Position numbers and translations under genes: made by a program. This document shows, piece by piece, positions 1 through 16,294 of a DNA stretch of 64,000 bases. Below the pieces are notes generated by a model, which ran no database searches, had not been told where the DNA came from, and was given only the letters and a program-made list of their open reading frames with translations. Source of the stretch: Eledone cirrhosa (taxonomy: Eukaryota); contig OZ024754.1 in NCBI GenBank assembly GCA_964016885.1, forward strand, positions 25,420,001-25,484,000. Direction: 5' to 3'. How positions within the stretch are numbered: the stretch's first letter is position 1; each line of letters opens with the position of its first letter.

Positions 1-50
1 TACGGTGTTAAGGCAACCACGTCACCTTTTTGTTCAACACTGACACAGGA

Positions 51-93
51 ACGATGTACTAGTTTCAAGCTTGTTAGCTATCGTCAGCACCGT
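51..93 (-). ncRNA. Minimal type I hammerhead ribozyme (representative; one per satellite monomer)
   Basis: Minus strand reads ACGGTG CTGACGA T-AGCT-AACA-AGCT-T GAAA CTAGTA CATCGT. Stem I is ACGGTG/CATCGT, the core is CUGAnGA...GAAA, stem III is the palindrome ACTAGT, and the cleavage triplet is GUA. Confidence 0.9.
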
Positions 94-166
94 ATACCCT
101 TCTGCCAGATGGTTGAACGTTCGAAAGTATATACTTTCCTTATGAAAATTTACGGTTGAGCAGCTA

Positions 167-174
167 ATTTGCAT
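167..174 (-). promoter_or_regulatory. Octamer motif ATGCAAAT upstream of the satellite HHR (present in most monomers)
   Basis: ATTTGCAT on the + strand, ~75 nt 5' of the HHR in minus-strand sense. Some monomers carry the variant GTTTGCAT. Function is inferred only. Confidence 0.4.
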
Positions 175-326
175 ATCGAGTGAGTTCAGTCGGCCAGGCG
201 CACGGAAAACAATAAAATGGAATAGAATGAAATGAAATGAAATTTCTGACTCTTAGTACGGCACTTACTTAAATGTAAGTATGTATGTATACGTACATAC
301 ATATATGCATACAGACGTACAGTAGC

Positions 327-399
<73 letters not shown>

Positions 400-441
400 C
401 AGGCACACATATATATATATTACGTATCAGTTTAGCGAACA

Positions 442-531
442 GTTTAGATGCAGGATATGGCTGCGATAATGAGGGACAGAGACCGCTGGAGAGAACTCGT
501 CCATGGATCTCGGGAATTTTACCCGCCTTAG
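442..531. repeat. 90-bp GC-richer insert present in ~11 monomers, flanked by a ~55-60 bp duplication
   Basis: GTTTAGATGCAGG...CCCGCCTTAG occurs at ~442, 4561, 5240, 8337, 9010, 13044, 13696, 17763, 18440, 21022 and 21642. The segment (TA)n-CATACAGGCACAC...TTAGCGAACA is repeated on both sides. Confidence 0.9.
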
Positions 532-982
532 ATATATATATATATATATATACATACAGGCACACATATATATATGTACGTATCAGTTTAGCGAACATTT
601 ATTATAATGCTCGCTTTGTCCGTTTGTAAACAAACGGACAGCCTGATTTATGCCGTACGGTGTTAAGGCAAACACGTCACCTTTTTGTTCAACACTGACA
701 CAGGAACGATGTACTAGTTTCAAGCTTGTTAGCTATCGTCAGCACCGTATACCCTTCTGCCAGATGGTTGAACGTTCGAAAGTATATACTTTCCTTATGA
801 AAATTAAAGGTTGAGCAGCCTAGTTTGCATATCGAGTGAGTTCAGTCGGCCAGGCGCACGGAAAACGATAAAATGGAATAGAATGAAATGAAATTTCATT
901 TCTGACTCTTAGTACGGCACTTACTTAAATGTAAGTATGTATGTATACGTACATACATATATGCATACAGACGTACAGTAGC

Positions 983-1081
<99 letters not shown>

Positions 1082-1961
1082 CATACAGGCACACATATAT
1101 ATATATAACGTATCAGTTTAGCAAACATTTATTATAATGCTCGCTTTGTCCGTTTGTAAACAAACGGACAGCCTGGTTTATGCCGTACGGTGTTAAGCCA
1201 ACCACGTCACCTTTTTGTTCAACACTGAAACAGGAACGATGTACTAGTTTCAAGTTTGTTAGCTATCGTCAGCACCGTATACCCTTCTGCCAGATCGTTG
1301 AACGTTCGAAAGTATATACTTTCCTTATGAAAATTAACGGCTGAGCAGCCTAATTTGCATATCGAGTGAGTTCAGTCGGCCAGGTGCACCGAAAATGATA
1401 AAATGGAACAGAATGAAATGAAATTTCATTTCTCACTCTTAGTACGGCACTTACTTAAATGTAAGTATGTATGTATACGTACATACATATATGCATACAG
1501 ACGTACAGTAGCATGTATATATATATATATACATAAAGGCACACATATATATATGTACGTATCAGTTTAGCGAACATTTATTATAATGCTCGCTTTGTCC
1601 GTTTGTAAACAAACGGACAGCCTTATTTATTTCGTACGGTGTTAAGGCAACAACGTCACCTTTATGTTCAACACTGACACAGGAACGATGTACTAGTTTC
1701 AAGCTTGTTAGCTATCGTCAGCACCGTATACCCTTCTGCCAGATGGTTGAACGTTCGAAAGTATATACTTTCCTTATGAAAATTAAAGGTTGAGCAGCCT
1801 AATTTGCATATCGAGTGAGTTCAGTCGGCCAGGCGCACCGAAAACGATAAAATGGAATAGAATGAAATGAAATGAAATTTCTGACTCTTAGTACGGCACT
1901 TACTTAAATGTAAGTATGTATGTATACGTACATACATATATGCATACAGACGTACAGTAGC

Positions 1962-2046
<85 letters not shown>

Positions 2047-2926
2047 CATACAGGCACACATATATATATATTACGTATCAGTTTAGCAAACATTTATTAT
2101 AATGCTCGCTTTGTCCGTTTGTAAACAAACGGACAGCGTGATTTATGCCGTACGGTGTTAAGCCAACCACGTCACCTTTTTGTTCAACACTGAAACAGGA
2201 ACGATGTACTAGTTTCAAGTTTGTTAGCTATCGTCAGCACCGTATACCCTTCTGCCAGATCGTTGAACGTTCGAAAGTATATACTTTCCTTATGAAAATT
2301 AACGGCTGAGCAGCCTAATTTGCATATCGAGTGAGTTCAGTCGGCCAGGTGCACCGAAAATGATAAAATGGAACAGAATGAAATGAAATTTCATTTCTCA
2401 CTCTTAGTACGGCACTTACTTAAATGTAAGTATGTATGTATACGTACATACATATATGCATACAGACGTACAGTAGCATGTATATATATATATATACATA
2501 AAGGCACACATATATATATGTACGTATCAGTTTAGCGAACATTTATTATAATGCTCGCTTTGTCCGTTTGTAAACAAACGGACAGCCTTATTTATTCCGT
2601 ACGGTGTTAAGGCAACAACGTCACCTTTATGTTCAACACTGACACAGGAACGATGTACTAGTTTCAAGCTTGTTAGCTATCGTCAGCACCGTATACCCTT
2701 CTGCCAGATGGTTGAACGTTCGAAAGTATATACTTTCCTTATGAAAATTAAAGGTTGAGCAGCCTAATTTGCATATCGAGTGAGTTCAGTCGGCCAGGCG
2801 CACCGAAAACGATAAAATGGAATAGAATGAAATGAAATGAAATTTTTGACTCTTAGTACGGCACTTACTTAAATGTAAGTATGTATGTATACGTACATAC
2901 ATATATACATACAGACGTACAGTAGC

Positions 2927-3045
<119 letters not shown>

Positions 3046-3471
3046 CAGTCACACATATATATATATTACGTATCAGTTTAGCGAACATTGATTATAATGC
3101 TCGCTTTGTCCATTTGTAAACAAACGGACAGCCTGGTTATGCCGTACGGTGTTAAGGCAACCACGTCACCTTTTTGTTCAACACCGACACAGGAACGATG
3201 TACTAGTTTCAAGCTTGTTAGATATCATCAGCACCGTATACCCTTCTGCCAGATGGTTGAACGTTCGAAAGTATATACTTTCCTTATGAAAATTAACGGC
3301 TGAGCAGACTAATTTGCATATCGAGTGAGTTCAGTCGGCCAGGCGCACCGAAAACGATAAAATGGAATAGAATGAAATGAAATTTCATTTCTCACTCTTA
3401 GTACGGCACTTACTTAAACGTAAGTATGTATGTATACGTAAATACATATATTCATACAGACGTACATTAGC

Positions 3472-3554
<83 letters not shown>

Positions 3555-4439
3555 CAGGCACACATATATATATGTACGTATCAGTTTAGCAAACATTTAT
3601 TATAATGCTCGCTTTGTCCGTTTGTAAACAAACGGACAGCCTGATTTATGCCGTACGGTGTTAAGCCAACCACGTCACCTTTTTGTTCAACACTGAAACA
3701 GGAACGATGTACTAGTTTCAAGTTTGTTAGCTATCGTCAGCACCGTATACCCTTCTGCCAGATCGTTGAACGTTCGAAAGTATATACTTTCCTTATGAAA
3801 ATTAACGGCTGAGCAGCCTAATTTGCATATCGAGTGAGTTCAGTCGGCCAGGTGCACCGAAAATGATAAAATGGAACAGAATGAAATGAAATTTCATTTC
3901 TCACTCTTAGTACGGCACTTACTTAAATGTAAGTATGTATGTATACGTACATACATATATGCATACAGACGTACAGTAGCATGTATATATATATATATAT
4001 ATATATATACATAAAGGCACACATATATATATGTACGTATCAGTTTAGCGAACATTTATTATAATGCTCGCTTTGTCCGTTTGTAAACAAACGGACAGCC
4101 TGTTTTATGCCGTACGGTGTTAAGGCAACAACGTCACCTTTATGTTCAACACTGACACAGGAACGATGTACTAGATTCAAGCTTGTTAGCTATCGTCAGC
4201 ACCGTATACCCTTCTGCCAGATGGTTGAACGTTCGAAAGTATATACTTTCCTTATGAAAATTAACGGTTGAGCAGCCTAATTTGCATATCGAGTGAGTTC
4301 AGTCGGCCAGGCGCACGGAAAACGATAAAATGGAATAGAATGAAATGAAATGAAATTTCTGACTCTTAGTACGGCACTTACTTAAATGTAAGTATGTATG
4401 TATACGTACATACATATATGCATACAGACGTACAGTAGC

Positions 4440-4518
<79 letters not shown>

Positions 4519-5112
4519 CAGGCACTCATATATATATATTACGTATCAGTTTAGCGAACAGTTTAGATGCAGGATATGGCAGCGATAATGAGGGACAGAG
4601 ACCGCTGGAGAGAACTCGTCCATGGATCTCGGGAATTTTACCCGCCTTAGAGATATATATATAGATATATACATACAGGCACACATATATATATGTACGT
4701 ATCAGTTTAGCGAACATTTATTATAATGCTCGCTTTGTCCGTTTGTAAACAAACGGTCAGCCTGATTTATGCCGTACGGTGTTAAGGCAACCACGTCACC
4801 TTTTTGTTCAACACTGACACAGGAACGATGTACTAGTTTCAAGCTTGTTAGCTATCGTCAGCACCGTATACCCTTCTGCCAGATGGTTGAACGTTCGAAA
4901 GTATATACTTTCCTTATGAAAATTTACGGTTGAGCAGCTAATTTGCATATCGAGTGAGTTCAGTCGGCCAGGCGCACGGAAAACGATAAAATGGAATAGA
5001 ATGAAATGAAATGAAATTTCTGACTCTTAGTACGGCACTTACTTAAATGTAAGTATGTATGTATACGTACATACATATATGCATACAGACGTACAGTAGC
5101 ATGTATATATAT

Positions 5113-5197
<85 letters not shown>

Positions 5198-5778
5198 CAG
5201 TTACACATATATATATATTACGTATCAGTTTAGCGAACAGTTTAGATGCAGGATATGGCAGCGATAATGAGGGACAGAGACCGCTGGAGAGAACTCGTCC
5301 ATGGATCTCGGGAATTTTACCCGCCTTAGATATATATATATATATATATACATACAGGCACACATATATATATGTACGTATCAGTTTAGCGAACATTTAT
5401 TATAATGCTCGCTCTGTCCGTTTGTAAACAAACGGACAGCCTGATTTATGCCGTACGGTGTTAAGGCAACCACGTCACCTTTTTGTTCAACACTGACACA
5501 GGAACGATGTACTAGTTTCAAGCTTGTTAGCTATCGTCAGCACCGTATACCCTTCTGCCAGATGGTTGAACGTTCGAAAGTATATACTTTCCTTATGAAA
5601 ATTTTCGGTTGAGCAGCCTAATTTGCATATCGAGTGAGTTCAGTCGGCCAGGCGCACGGAAAACGATAAAATGGAATAGAATGAAATGAAATGAAATTTC
5701 TGACTCTCAGTACGGCACTCACTTAAATGTAAGTATGTATGTATACGTACATACATATATGCATACAGACGTACAGTA

Positions 5779-5875
<97 letters not shown>

Positions 5876-6751
5876 CATACAGGCACACATATATATATAT
5901 TACGTATCAGTTTAGCAAACATTTATTATAATGCTCGCTTTGTCCGTTTGTAAACAAACGGACAGACTGATTTATGCCGTACGGTGTTAAGCCAACCACG
6001 TCACCTTTTTGTTCAACACTGAAAAAGGAAAGATGTACTAGTTTCAAGTTTGTTAGCTATCGGCAGCACCGTATACCCTTCTGCCAGATCGTTGAACGTT
6101 CGAAAGTATATACTTTCCTTATGAAAATTAACGGCTGAGCAGCCTAATTTGCATATCGAGTGAGTTCAGTCGGCCAGGTGCACCGAAAATGATAAAATGG
6201 AACAGAATGAAATGAAATTTCATTTCTCACTCTTAGTACGGCACTTACTTAAATGTAAGTATGTATGTATACGTACATACATATATGCATACAGACGTAC
6301 AGTAGCATGTATATATATATACATAAAGGCACACATATATATATGTACGTATCAGTTTAGCGAACATTTATTATAATGCTCGCTTTGTCCGTTTGTAAAC
6401 CAACGGACAGCCTTATTTATTCCGTACGGTGTTAAGGCAACAGCGTCACCTTTATGTTCAACACTGACACAGGAACGATGTACTAGTTTCAAGCTTGTTA
6501 GCTATCGTCAGCACCGTATACCCTTCTGCCAGATGGTTGAACGTTCGAAAGTATATACTTTCCTTATGAAAATTAAAGGTTGAGCAGCCTAATTTGCATA
6601 TCGAGTGAGTTCAGTCGGCCAGGCGCACCGAAAACGATAAAATGGAATAGAATGAAATGAAATGAAATTTTTGACTCTTAGTACGGCACTTACTTAAATG
6701 TAAGTATGTATGTATACGTACATACATATATACATACAGACGTACAGTAGC

Positions 6752-6870
<119 letters not shown>

Positions 6871-7296
6871 CAGTCACACATATATATATATTACGTATCA
6901 GTTTAGCGAACATTGATTATAATGCTCGCTTTGTCCATTTGTAAACAAACGGACAGCCTGGTTATGCCGTACGGTGTTAAGGCAACCACGTCACCTTTTT
7001 GTTCAACACCGACACAGGAACGATGTACTAGTTTCAAGCTTGTTAGATATCATCAGCACCGTATACCCTTCTGCCAGATGGTTGAACGTTCGAAAGTATA
7101 TACTTTCCGTATGAAAATTAACGGCTGAGCAGACTAATTTGCATATCGAGTGAGTTCAGTCGGCCAGGCGCACCGAAAACGATAAAATGGAATAGAATGA
7201 AATGAAATGAAATTTCTCACTCTTAGTACGGCACTTACTTAAACGTAAGTATGTATGTATACGTAAATACATATATTCATACAGACGTACATTAGC

Positions 7297-7337
<41 letters not shown>

Positions 7338-7763
7338 CAGGCACACATATATATATGTACGTATCAGTTTAGCGAACATTTATTATAATGCTCGCTTTGT
7401 CCGTTTGTAAACAAACGGACTGCCTGATTTATGCCGTACGGTGTTAAGGCAACCACGTCACCTTTTTGTTCAACACTGACACAGGAACGATGTACTAGTT
7501 TCAAGCTTGTTAGCTATCGTCAGCACCGTATACCCTTCTGCCAGATGGTTGAACGTTCGAAAGTATATACTTTCCTTATGAAAATTTACGGTTGAGCAGC
7601 CTAATTTGCATATCGAGTGAGTTCAGTCGGCCAGGCGCACGGAAAACGATAAAATGGAATAGAATGAAATGAAATGAAATTTCTGACTCTTAGTACGGCA
7701 CTTACTTAAATGTAAGTATGTATGTATACGTACATACATATATGCATACAGACGTACAGTAGC

Positions 7764-7832
<69 letters not shown>

Positions 7833-8878
7833 CATACAGGCACACATATATATATATTACGTATCAGTTTAGCAAACATTTATTATAATGCTCGCTTTGT
7901 CCGTTTGTAAACAAACGGACAGCCTGATTTATGCCGTACGGTGTTAAGCCAACCACGTCACCTTTTTGTTCAACACTGAAACAGGAACGATGTACTAGTT
8001 TCAAGTTTGTTAGCTATCGTCAGCACCGTATACCCTTCTGCCAGATCGTTGAACGTTCGAAAGTATATACTTTCCTTATGAAAATTAACGGCTGAGCAGC
8101 CTAATTTGCATATCGAGTGAGTTCAGTCGGCCAGGTGCACCGAAAATGATAAAATGGAACAGAATGAAATGAAATTTCATTTCTCACTCTTAGTACGGCA
8201 CTTACTTAAATGTAAGTATGTATGTATACGTACATACATATATGCATACAGACGTACAGTAGCATGTATATATATATATATATATATATACATACAGGCA
8301 CACATATATATATATTACGTATCAGTTTAGCGAACAGTTTAGATGCAGAATATGGCAGCGATAATGAGGGACAGAGACCGCTGGAGAGAACTCGTCCATG
8401 GATCTCGGGAATTTTACCCGCCTTAGATATATATATATATAGATATATACGTACAGGCACACATATATATATGTACGTATCAGTTTAGCGAACATTTATT
8501 ATAATGCTCGCTTTGTCCGTTTGTAAACAAACGGTCAGCCTGATTTATGCCGTACGGTGTTAAGGCAACCACGTCACCTTTTTGTTCAACACTGACACAG
8601 GAACGATGTACTAGTTTCAAGCTTGTTAGCTATCGTCAGCACCGTATACCCTTCTGCCAGATGGTTGAACGTTCGAAAGTATATACTTTCCTTATGAAAA
8701 TTTACGGTTGAGCAGCTAATTTGCATATCGAGTGAGTTCAGTCGGCCAGGCGCACGGAAAACAATAAAATGGAATAGAATGAAATGAAATGAAATTTCTG
8801 ACTCTTAGTACGGCACTTACTTAAATGTAAGTATGTATGTATACGTACATACATATATGCATACAGACGTACAGTAGC

Positions 8879-8967
<89 letters not shown>

Positions 8968-9550
8968 CAGGCACACATATATATATATTACGTATCAGTT
9001 TAGCGAACAGTTTAGATGCAGGATATGGCTGCGATAATGAGGGACAGAGACCGCTGGAGAGAACTCGTCCATGGATCTCGGGAATTTTACCCGCCTTAGA
9101 TATATATATATATATATATACATACAGGCACACATATATATATGTACGTATCAGTTTAGCGAACATTTATTATAATGCTCGCTTTGTCCGTTTGTAAACA
9201 AACGGACAGCCTGATTTATGCCGTACGGTGTTAAGGCAAACACGTCACCTTTTTGTTCAACACTGACACAGGAACGATGTACTAGTTTCAAGCTTGTTAG
9301 CTATCGTCAGCACCGTATACCCTTCTGCCAGATGGTTGAACGTTCGAAAGTATATACTTTCCTTATGAAAATTAAAGGTTGAGCAGCCTAGTTTGCATAT
9401 CGAGTGAGTTCAGTCGGCCAGGCGCACGGAAAACGATAAAATGGAATAGAATGAAATGAAATTTCATTTCTGACTCTTAGTACGGCACTTACTTAAATGT
9501 AAGTATGTATGTATACGTACATACATATATGCATACAGACGTACAGTAGC

Positions 9551-9645
<95 letters not shown>

Positions 9646-10525
9646 CATACAGGCACACATATATATATATAACGTATCAGTTTAGCAAACATTTATTATA
9701 ATGCTCGCTTTGTCCGTTTGTAAACAAACGGACAGCCTGGTTTATGCCGTACGGTGTTAAGCCAACCACGTCACCTTTTTGTTCAACACTGAAACAGGAA
9801 CGATGTACTAGTTTCAAGTTTGTTAGCTATCGTCAGCACCGTATACCCTTCTGCCAGATCGTTGAACGTTCGAAAGTATATACTTTCCTTATGAAAATTA
9901 ACGGCTGAGCAGCCTAATTTGCATATCAAGTGAGTTCAGTCGGCCAGGTGCACCGAAAATGATAAAATGGAACAGAATGAAATGAAATTTCATTTCTCAC
10001 TCTTAGTACGGCACTTACTTAAATGTAAGTATGTATGTATACGTACATACATATATGCATACAGACGTACAGTAGCATGTATATATATATATATACATAA
10101 AGGCACACATATATATATGTACGTATCAGTTTAGCGAACATTTATTATAATGCTCGCTTTGTCCGTTTGTAAACAAACGGACAGCCTTATTTATTTCGTA
10201 CGGTGTTAAGGCAACAACGTCACCTTTATGTTCAACACTGACACAGGAACGATGTACTAGTTTCAAGCTTGTTAGCTATCGTCAGCACCGTATACCCTTC
10301 TGCCAGATGGTTGAACGTTCGAAAGTATATACTTTCCTTATGAAAATTAAAGGTTGAGCAGCCTAATTTGCATATCGAGTGAGTTCAGTCGGCCAGGCGC
10401 ACCGAAAACGATAAAATGGAATAGAATGAAATGAAATGAAATTTCTGACTCTTAGTACGGCACTTACTTAAATGTAAGTATGTATGTATACGTACATACA
10501 TATATGCATACAGACGTACAGTAGC

Positions 10526-10598
<73 letters not shown>

Positions 10599-11474
10599 CA
10601 TACAGGCACACATATATATATATTACGTATCAGTTTAGCAAACATTTATTATAATGCTCGCTTTGTCCGTTTGTAAACAAACGGACAGACTGATTTATGC
10701 CGTACGGTGTTAAGCCAACCACGTCACCTTTTTGTTCAACACTGAAAAAGGAAAGATGTACTAGTTTCAAGTTTGTTAGCTATCGGCAGCACCGTATACC
10801 CTTCTGCCAGATCGTTGAACGTTCGAAAGTATATACTTTCCTTATGAAAATTAACGGCTGAGCAGCCTAATTTGCATATCGAGTGAGTTCAGTCGGCCAG
10901 GTGCACCGAAAATGATAAAATGGAACAGAATGAAATGAAATTTCATTTCTCACTCTTAGTACGGCACTTACTTAAATGTAAGTATGTATGTATACGTACA
11001 TACATATATGCATACAGACGTACAGTAGCATGTATATATATATACATAAAGGCACACATATATATATGTACGTATCAGTTTAGCGAACATTTATTATAAT
11101 GCTCGCTTTGTCCGTTTGTAAACCAACGGACAGCCTTATTTATTCCGTACGGTGTTAAGGCAACAGCGTCACCTTTATGTTCAACACTGACACAGGAACG
11201 ATGTACTAGTTTCAAGCTTGTTAGCTATCGTCAGCACCGTATACCCTTCTGCCAGATGGTTGAACGTTCGAAAGTATATACTTTCCTTATGAAAATTAAA
11301 GGTTGAGCAGCCTAATTTGCATATCGAGTGAGTTCAGTCGGCCAGGCGCACCGAAAACGATAAAATGGAATAGAATGAAATGAAATGAAATTTTTGACTC
11401 TTAGTACGGCACTTACTTAAATGTAAGTATGTATGTATACGTACATACATATATACATACAGACGTACAGTAGC

Positions 11475-11573
<99 letters not shown>

Positions 11574-11999
11574 CAGTCACACATATATATATATTACGTA
11601 TCAGTTTAGCGAACATTGATTATAATGCTCGCTTTGTCCATTTGTAAACAAACGGACAGCCTGGTTATGCCGTACGGTGTTAAGGCAACCACGTCACCTT
11701 TTTGTTCAACACCGACACAGGAACGATGTACTAGTTTCAAGCTTGTTAGATATCATCAGCACCGTATACCCTTCTGCCAGATGGTTGAACGTTCGAAAGT
11801 ATATACTTTCCGTATGAAAATTAACGGCTGAGCAGACTAATTTGCATATCGAGTGAGTTCAGTCGGCCAGGCGCACCGAAAACGATAAAATGGAATAGAA
11901 TGAAATGAAATGAAATTTCTCACTCTTAGTACGGCACTTACTTAAACGTAAGTATGTATGTATACGTAAATACATATATTCATACAGACGTACATTAGC

Positions 12000-12040
<41 letters not shown>

Positions 12041-12466
12041 CAGGCACACATATATATATGTACGTATCAGTTTAGCGAACATTTATTATAATGCTCGCTT
12101 TGTCCGTTTGTAAACAAACGGACTGCCTGATTTATGCCGTACGGTGTTAAGGCAACCACGTCACCTTTTTGTTCAACACTGACACAGGAACGATGTACTA
12201 GTTTCAAGCTTGTTAGCTATCGTCAGCACCGTATACCCTTCTGCCAGATGGTTGAACGTTCGAAAGTATATACTTTCCTTATGAAAATTTACGGTTGAGC
12301 AGCCTAATTTGCATATCGAGTGAGTTCAGTCGGCCAGGCGCACGGAAAACGATAAAATGGAATAGAATGAAATGAAATGAAATTTCTGACTCTTAGTACG
12401 GCACTTACTTAAATGTAAGTATGTATGTATACGTACATACATATATGCATACAGACGTACAGTAGC

Positions 12467-12541
<75 letters not shown>

Positions 12542-13585
12542 CATACAGGCACACATATATATATATTACGTATCAGTTTAGCAAACATTTATTATAATGC
12601 TCGCTTTGTCCGTTTGTAAACAAACGGACAGCCTGATTTATGCCGTACGGTGTTAAGCCAACCACGTCACCTTTTTGTTCAACACTGAAACAGGAACGAT
12701 GTACTAGTTTCAAGTTTGTTAGCTATCGTCAGCACCGTATACCCTTCTGCCAGATCGTTGAACGTTCGAAAGTATATACTTTCCTTATGAAAATTAACGG
12801 CTGAGCAGCCTAATTTGCATATCGAGTGAGTTCAGTCGGCCAGGTGCACCGAAAATGATAAAATGGAACAGAATGAAATGAAATTTCATTTCTCACTCTT
12901 AGTACGGCACTTACTTAAATGTAAGTATGTATGTATACGTACATACATATATGCATACAGACGTACAGTAGCATGTATATATATATATATATATATACAT
13001 ACAGGCACACATATATATATATTACGTATCAGTTTAGCGAACAGTTTAGATGCAGAATATGGCAGCGATAATGAGGGACAGAGACCGCTGGAGAGAACTC
13101 GTCCATGGATCTCGGGAATTTTACCCGCCTTAGATATATATATATATAGATATATACGTACAGGCACACATATATATATGTACGTATCAGTTTAGCGAAC
13201 ATTTATTATAATGCTCGCTTTGTCCGTTTGTAAACAAACGGACAGCCTGATTTATGCCGTACGGTGTTAAGGCAACCACGTCACCTTTTTGTTCAACACT
13301 GACACAGGAACGATGTACTAGTTTCAAGCTTGTTAGCTATCGTCAGCACCGTATACCCTTCTGCCAGATGGTTGAACGTTCGAAAGTATATACTTTCCTT
13401 ATGAAAATTTACGGTTGAGCAGCTAATTTGCATATCGAGTGAGTTCAGTCGGCCAGGCGCACGGAAAACAATAAAATGGAATAGAATGAAATGAAATGAA
13501 ATTTCTGACTCTTAGTACGGCACTTACTTAAATGTAAGTATGTATGTATACGTACATACATATATGCATACAGACGTACAGTAGC

Positions 13586-13654
<69 letters not shown>

Positions 13655-14237
13655 CAGGCACACATATATATATATTACGTATCAGTTTAGCGAACAGTTT
13701 AGATGCAGGATATGGCTGCGATAATGAGGGACAGAGACCGCTGGAGAGAACTCGTCCATGGATCTCGGGAATTTTACCCGCCTTAGATATATATATATAT
13801 ATATATACATACAGGCACACATATATATATGTACGTATCAGTTTAGCGAACATTTATTATAATGCTCGCTTTGTCCGTTTGTAAACAAACGGACAGCCTG
13901 ATTTATGCCGTACGGTGTTAAGGCAAACACGTCACCTTTTTGTTCAACACTGACACAGGAACGATGTACTAGTTTCAAGCTTGTTAGCTATCGTCAGCAC
14001 CGTATACCCTTCTGCCAGATGGTTGAACGTTCGAAAGTATATACTTTCCTTATGAAAATTAAAGGTTGAGCAGCCTAGTTTGCATATCGAGTGAGTTCAG
14101 TCGGCCAGGCGCACGGAAAACGATAAAATGGAATAGAATGAAATGAAATTTCATTTCTGACTCTTAGTACGGCACTTACTTAAATGTAAGTATGTATGTA
14201 TACGTACATACATATATGCATACAGACGTACAGTAGC

Positions 14238-14336
<99 letters not shown>

Positions 14337-15216
14337 CATACAGGCACACATATATATATATAACGTATCAGTTTAGCAAACATTTATTATAATGCTCGCT
14401 TTGTCCGTTTGTAAACAAACGGACAGCCTGGTTTATGCCGTACGGTGTTAAGCCAACCACGTCACCTTTTTGTTCAACACTGAAACAGGAACGATGTACT
14501 AGTTTCAAGTTTGTTAGCTATCGTCAGCACCGTATACCCTTCTGCCAGATCGTTGAACGTTCGAAAGTATATACTTTCCTTATGAAAATTAACGGCTGAG
14601 CAGCCTAATTTGCATATCGAGTGAGTTCAGTCGGCCAGGTGCACCGAAAATGATAAAATGGAACAGAATGAAATGAAATTTCATTTCTCACTCTTAGTAC
14701 GGCACTTACTTAAATGTAAGTATGTATGTATACGTACATACATATATGCATACAGACGTACAGTAGCATGTATATATATATATATACATAAAGGCACACA
14801 TATATATATGTACGTATCAGTTTAGCGAACATTTATTATAATGCTCGCTTTGTCCGTTTGTAAACAAACGGACAGCCTTATTTATTTCGTACGGTGTTAA
14901 GGCAACAACGTCACCTTTATGTTCAACACTGACACAGGAACGATGTACTAGTTTCAAGCTTGTTAGCTATCGTCAGCACCGTATACCCTTCTGCCAGATG
15001 GTTGAACGTTCGAAAGTATATACTTTCCTTATGAAAATTAAAGGTTGAGCAGCCTAATTTGCATATCGAGTGAGTTCAGTCGGCCAGGCGCACCGAAAAC
15101 GATAAAATGGAATAGAATGAAATGAAATGAAATTTCTGACTCTTAGTACGGCACTTACTTAAATGTAAGTATGTATGTATACGTACATACATATATGCAT
15201 ACAGACGTACAGTAGC

Positions 15217-15297
<81 letters not shown>

Positions 15298-16177
15298 CAT
15301 ACAGGCACACATATATATATATTACGTATCAGTTTAGCAAACATTTATTATAATGCTCGCTTTGTCCGTTTGTAAACAAACGGACAGCGTGATTTATGCC
15401 GTACGGTGTTAAGCCAACCACGTCACCTTTTTGTTCAACACTGAAACAGGAACGATGTACTAGTTTCAAGTTTGTTAGCTATCGTCAGCACCGTATACCC
15501 TTCTGCCAGATCGTTGAACGTTCGAAAGTATATACTTTCCTTATGAAAATTAACGGCTGAGCAGCCTAATTTGCATATCGAGTGAGTTCAGTCGGCCAGG
15601 TGCACCGAAAATGATAAAATGGAACAGAATGAAATGAAATTTCATTTCTCACTCTTAGTACGGCACTTACTTAAATGTAAGTATGTATGTATACGTACAT
15701 ACATATATGCATACAGACGTACAGTAGCATGTATATATATATATATACATAAAGGCACACATATATATATGTACGTATCAGTTTAGCGAACATTTATTAT
15801 AATGCTCGCTTTGTCCGTTTGTAAACAAACGGACAGCCTTATTTATTCCGTACGGTGTTAAGGCAACAACGTCACCTTTATGTTCAACACTGACACAGGA
15901 ACGATGTACTAGTTTCAAGCTTGTTAGCTATCGTCAGCACCGTATACCCTTCTGCCAGATGGTTGAACGTTCGAAAGTATATACTTTCCTTATGAAAATT
16001 AAAGGTTGAGCAGCCTAATTTGCATATCGAGTGAGTTCAGTCGGCCAGGCGCACCGAAAACGATAAAATGGAATAGAATGAAATGAAATGAAATTTTTGA
16101 CTCTTAGTACGGCACTTACTTAAATGTAAGTATGTATGTATACGTACATACATATATACATACAGACGTACAGTAGC

Positions 16178-16294
<117 letters not shown>

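Noticed and set aside
640-680. Plus-strand hammerhead in the satellite (CTGATTTA-TGCC...GGCA)
   Set aside because: The core lacks GA at positions 8-9, and there is no GAAA or stem III.
3088-3303. 71-aa ORF repeated in some monomers
   Set aside because: It is open only in one monomer variant, is antisense to the HHR and has no recognisable motif.
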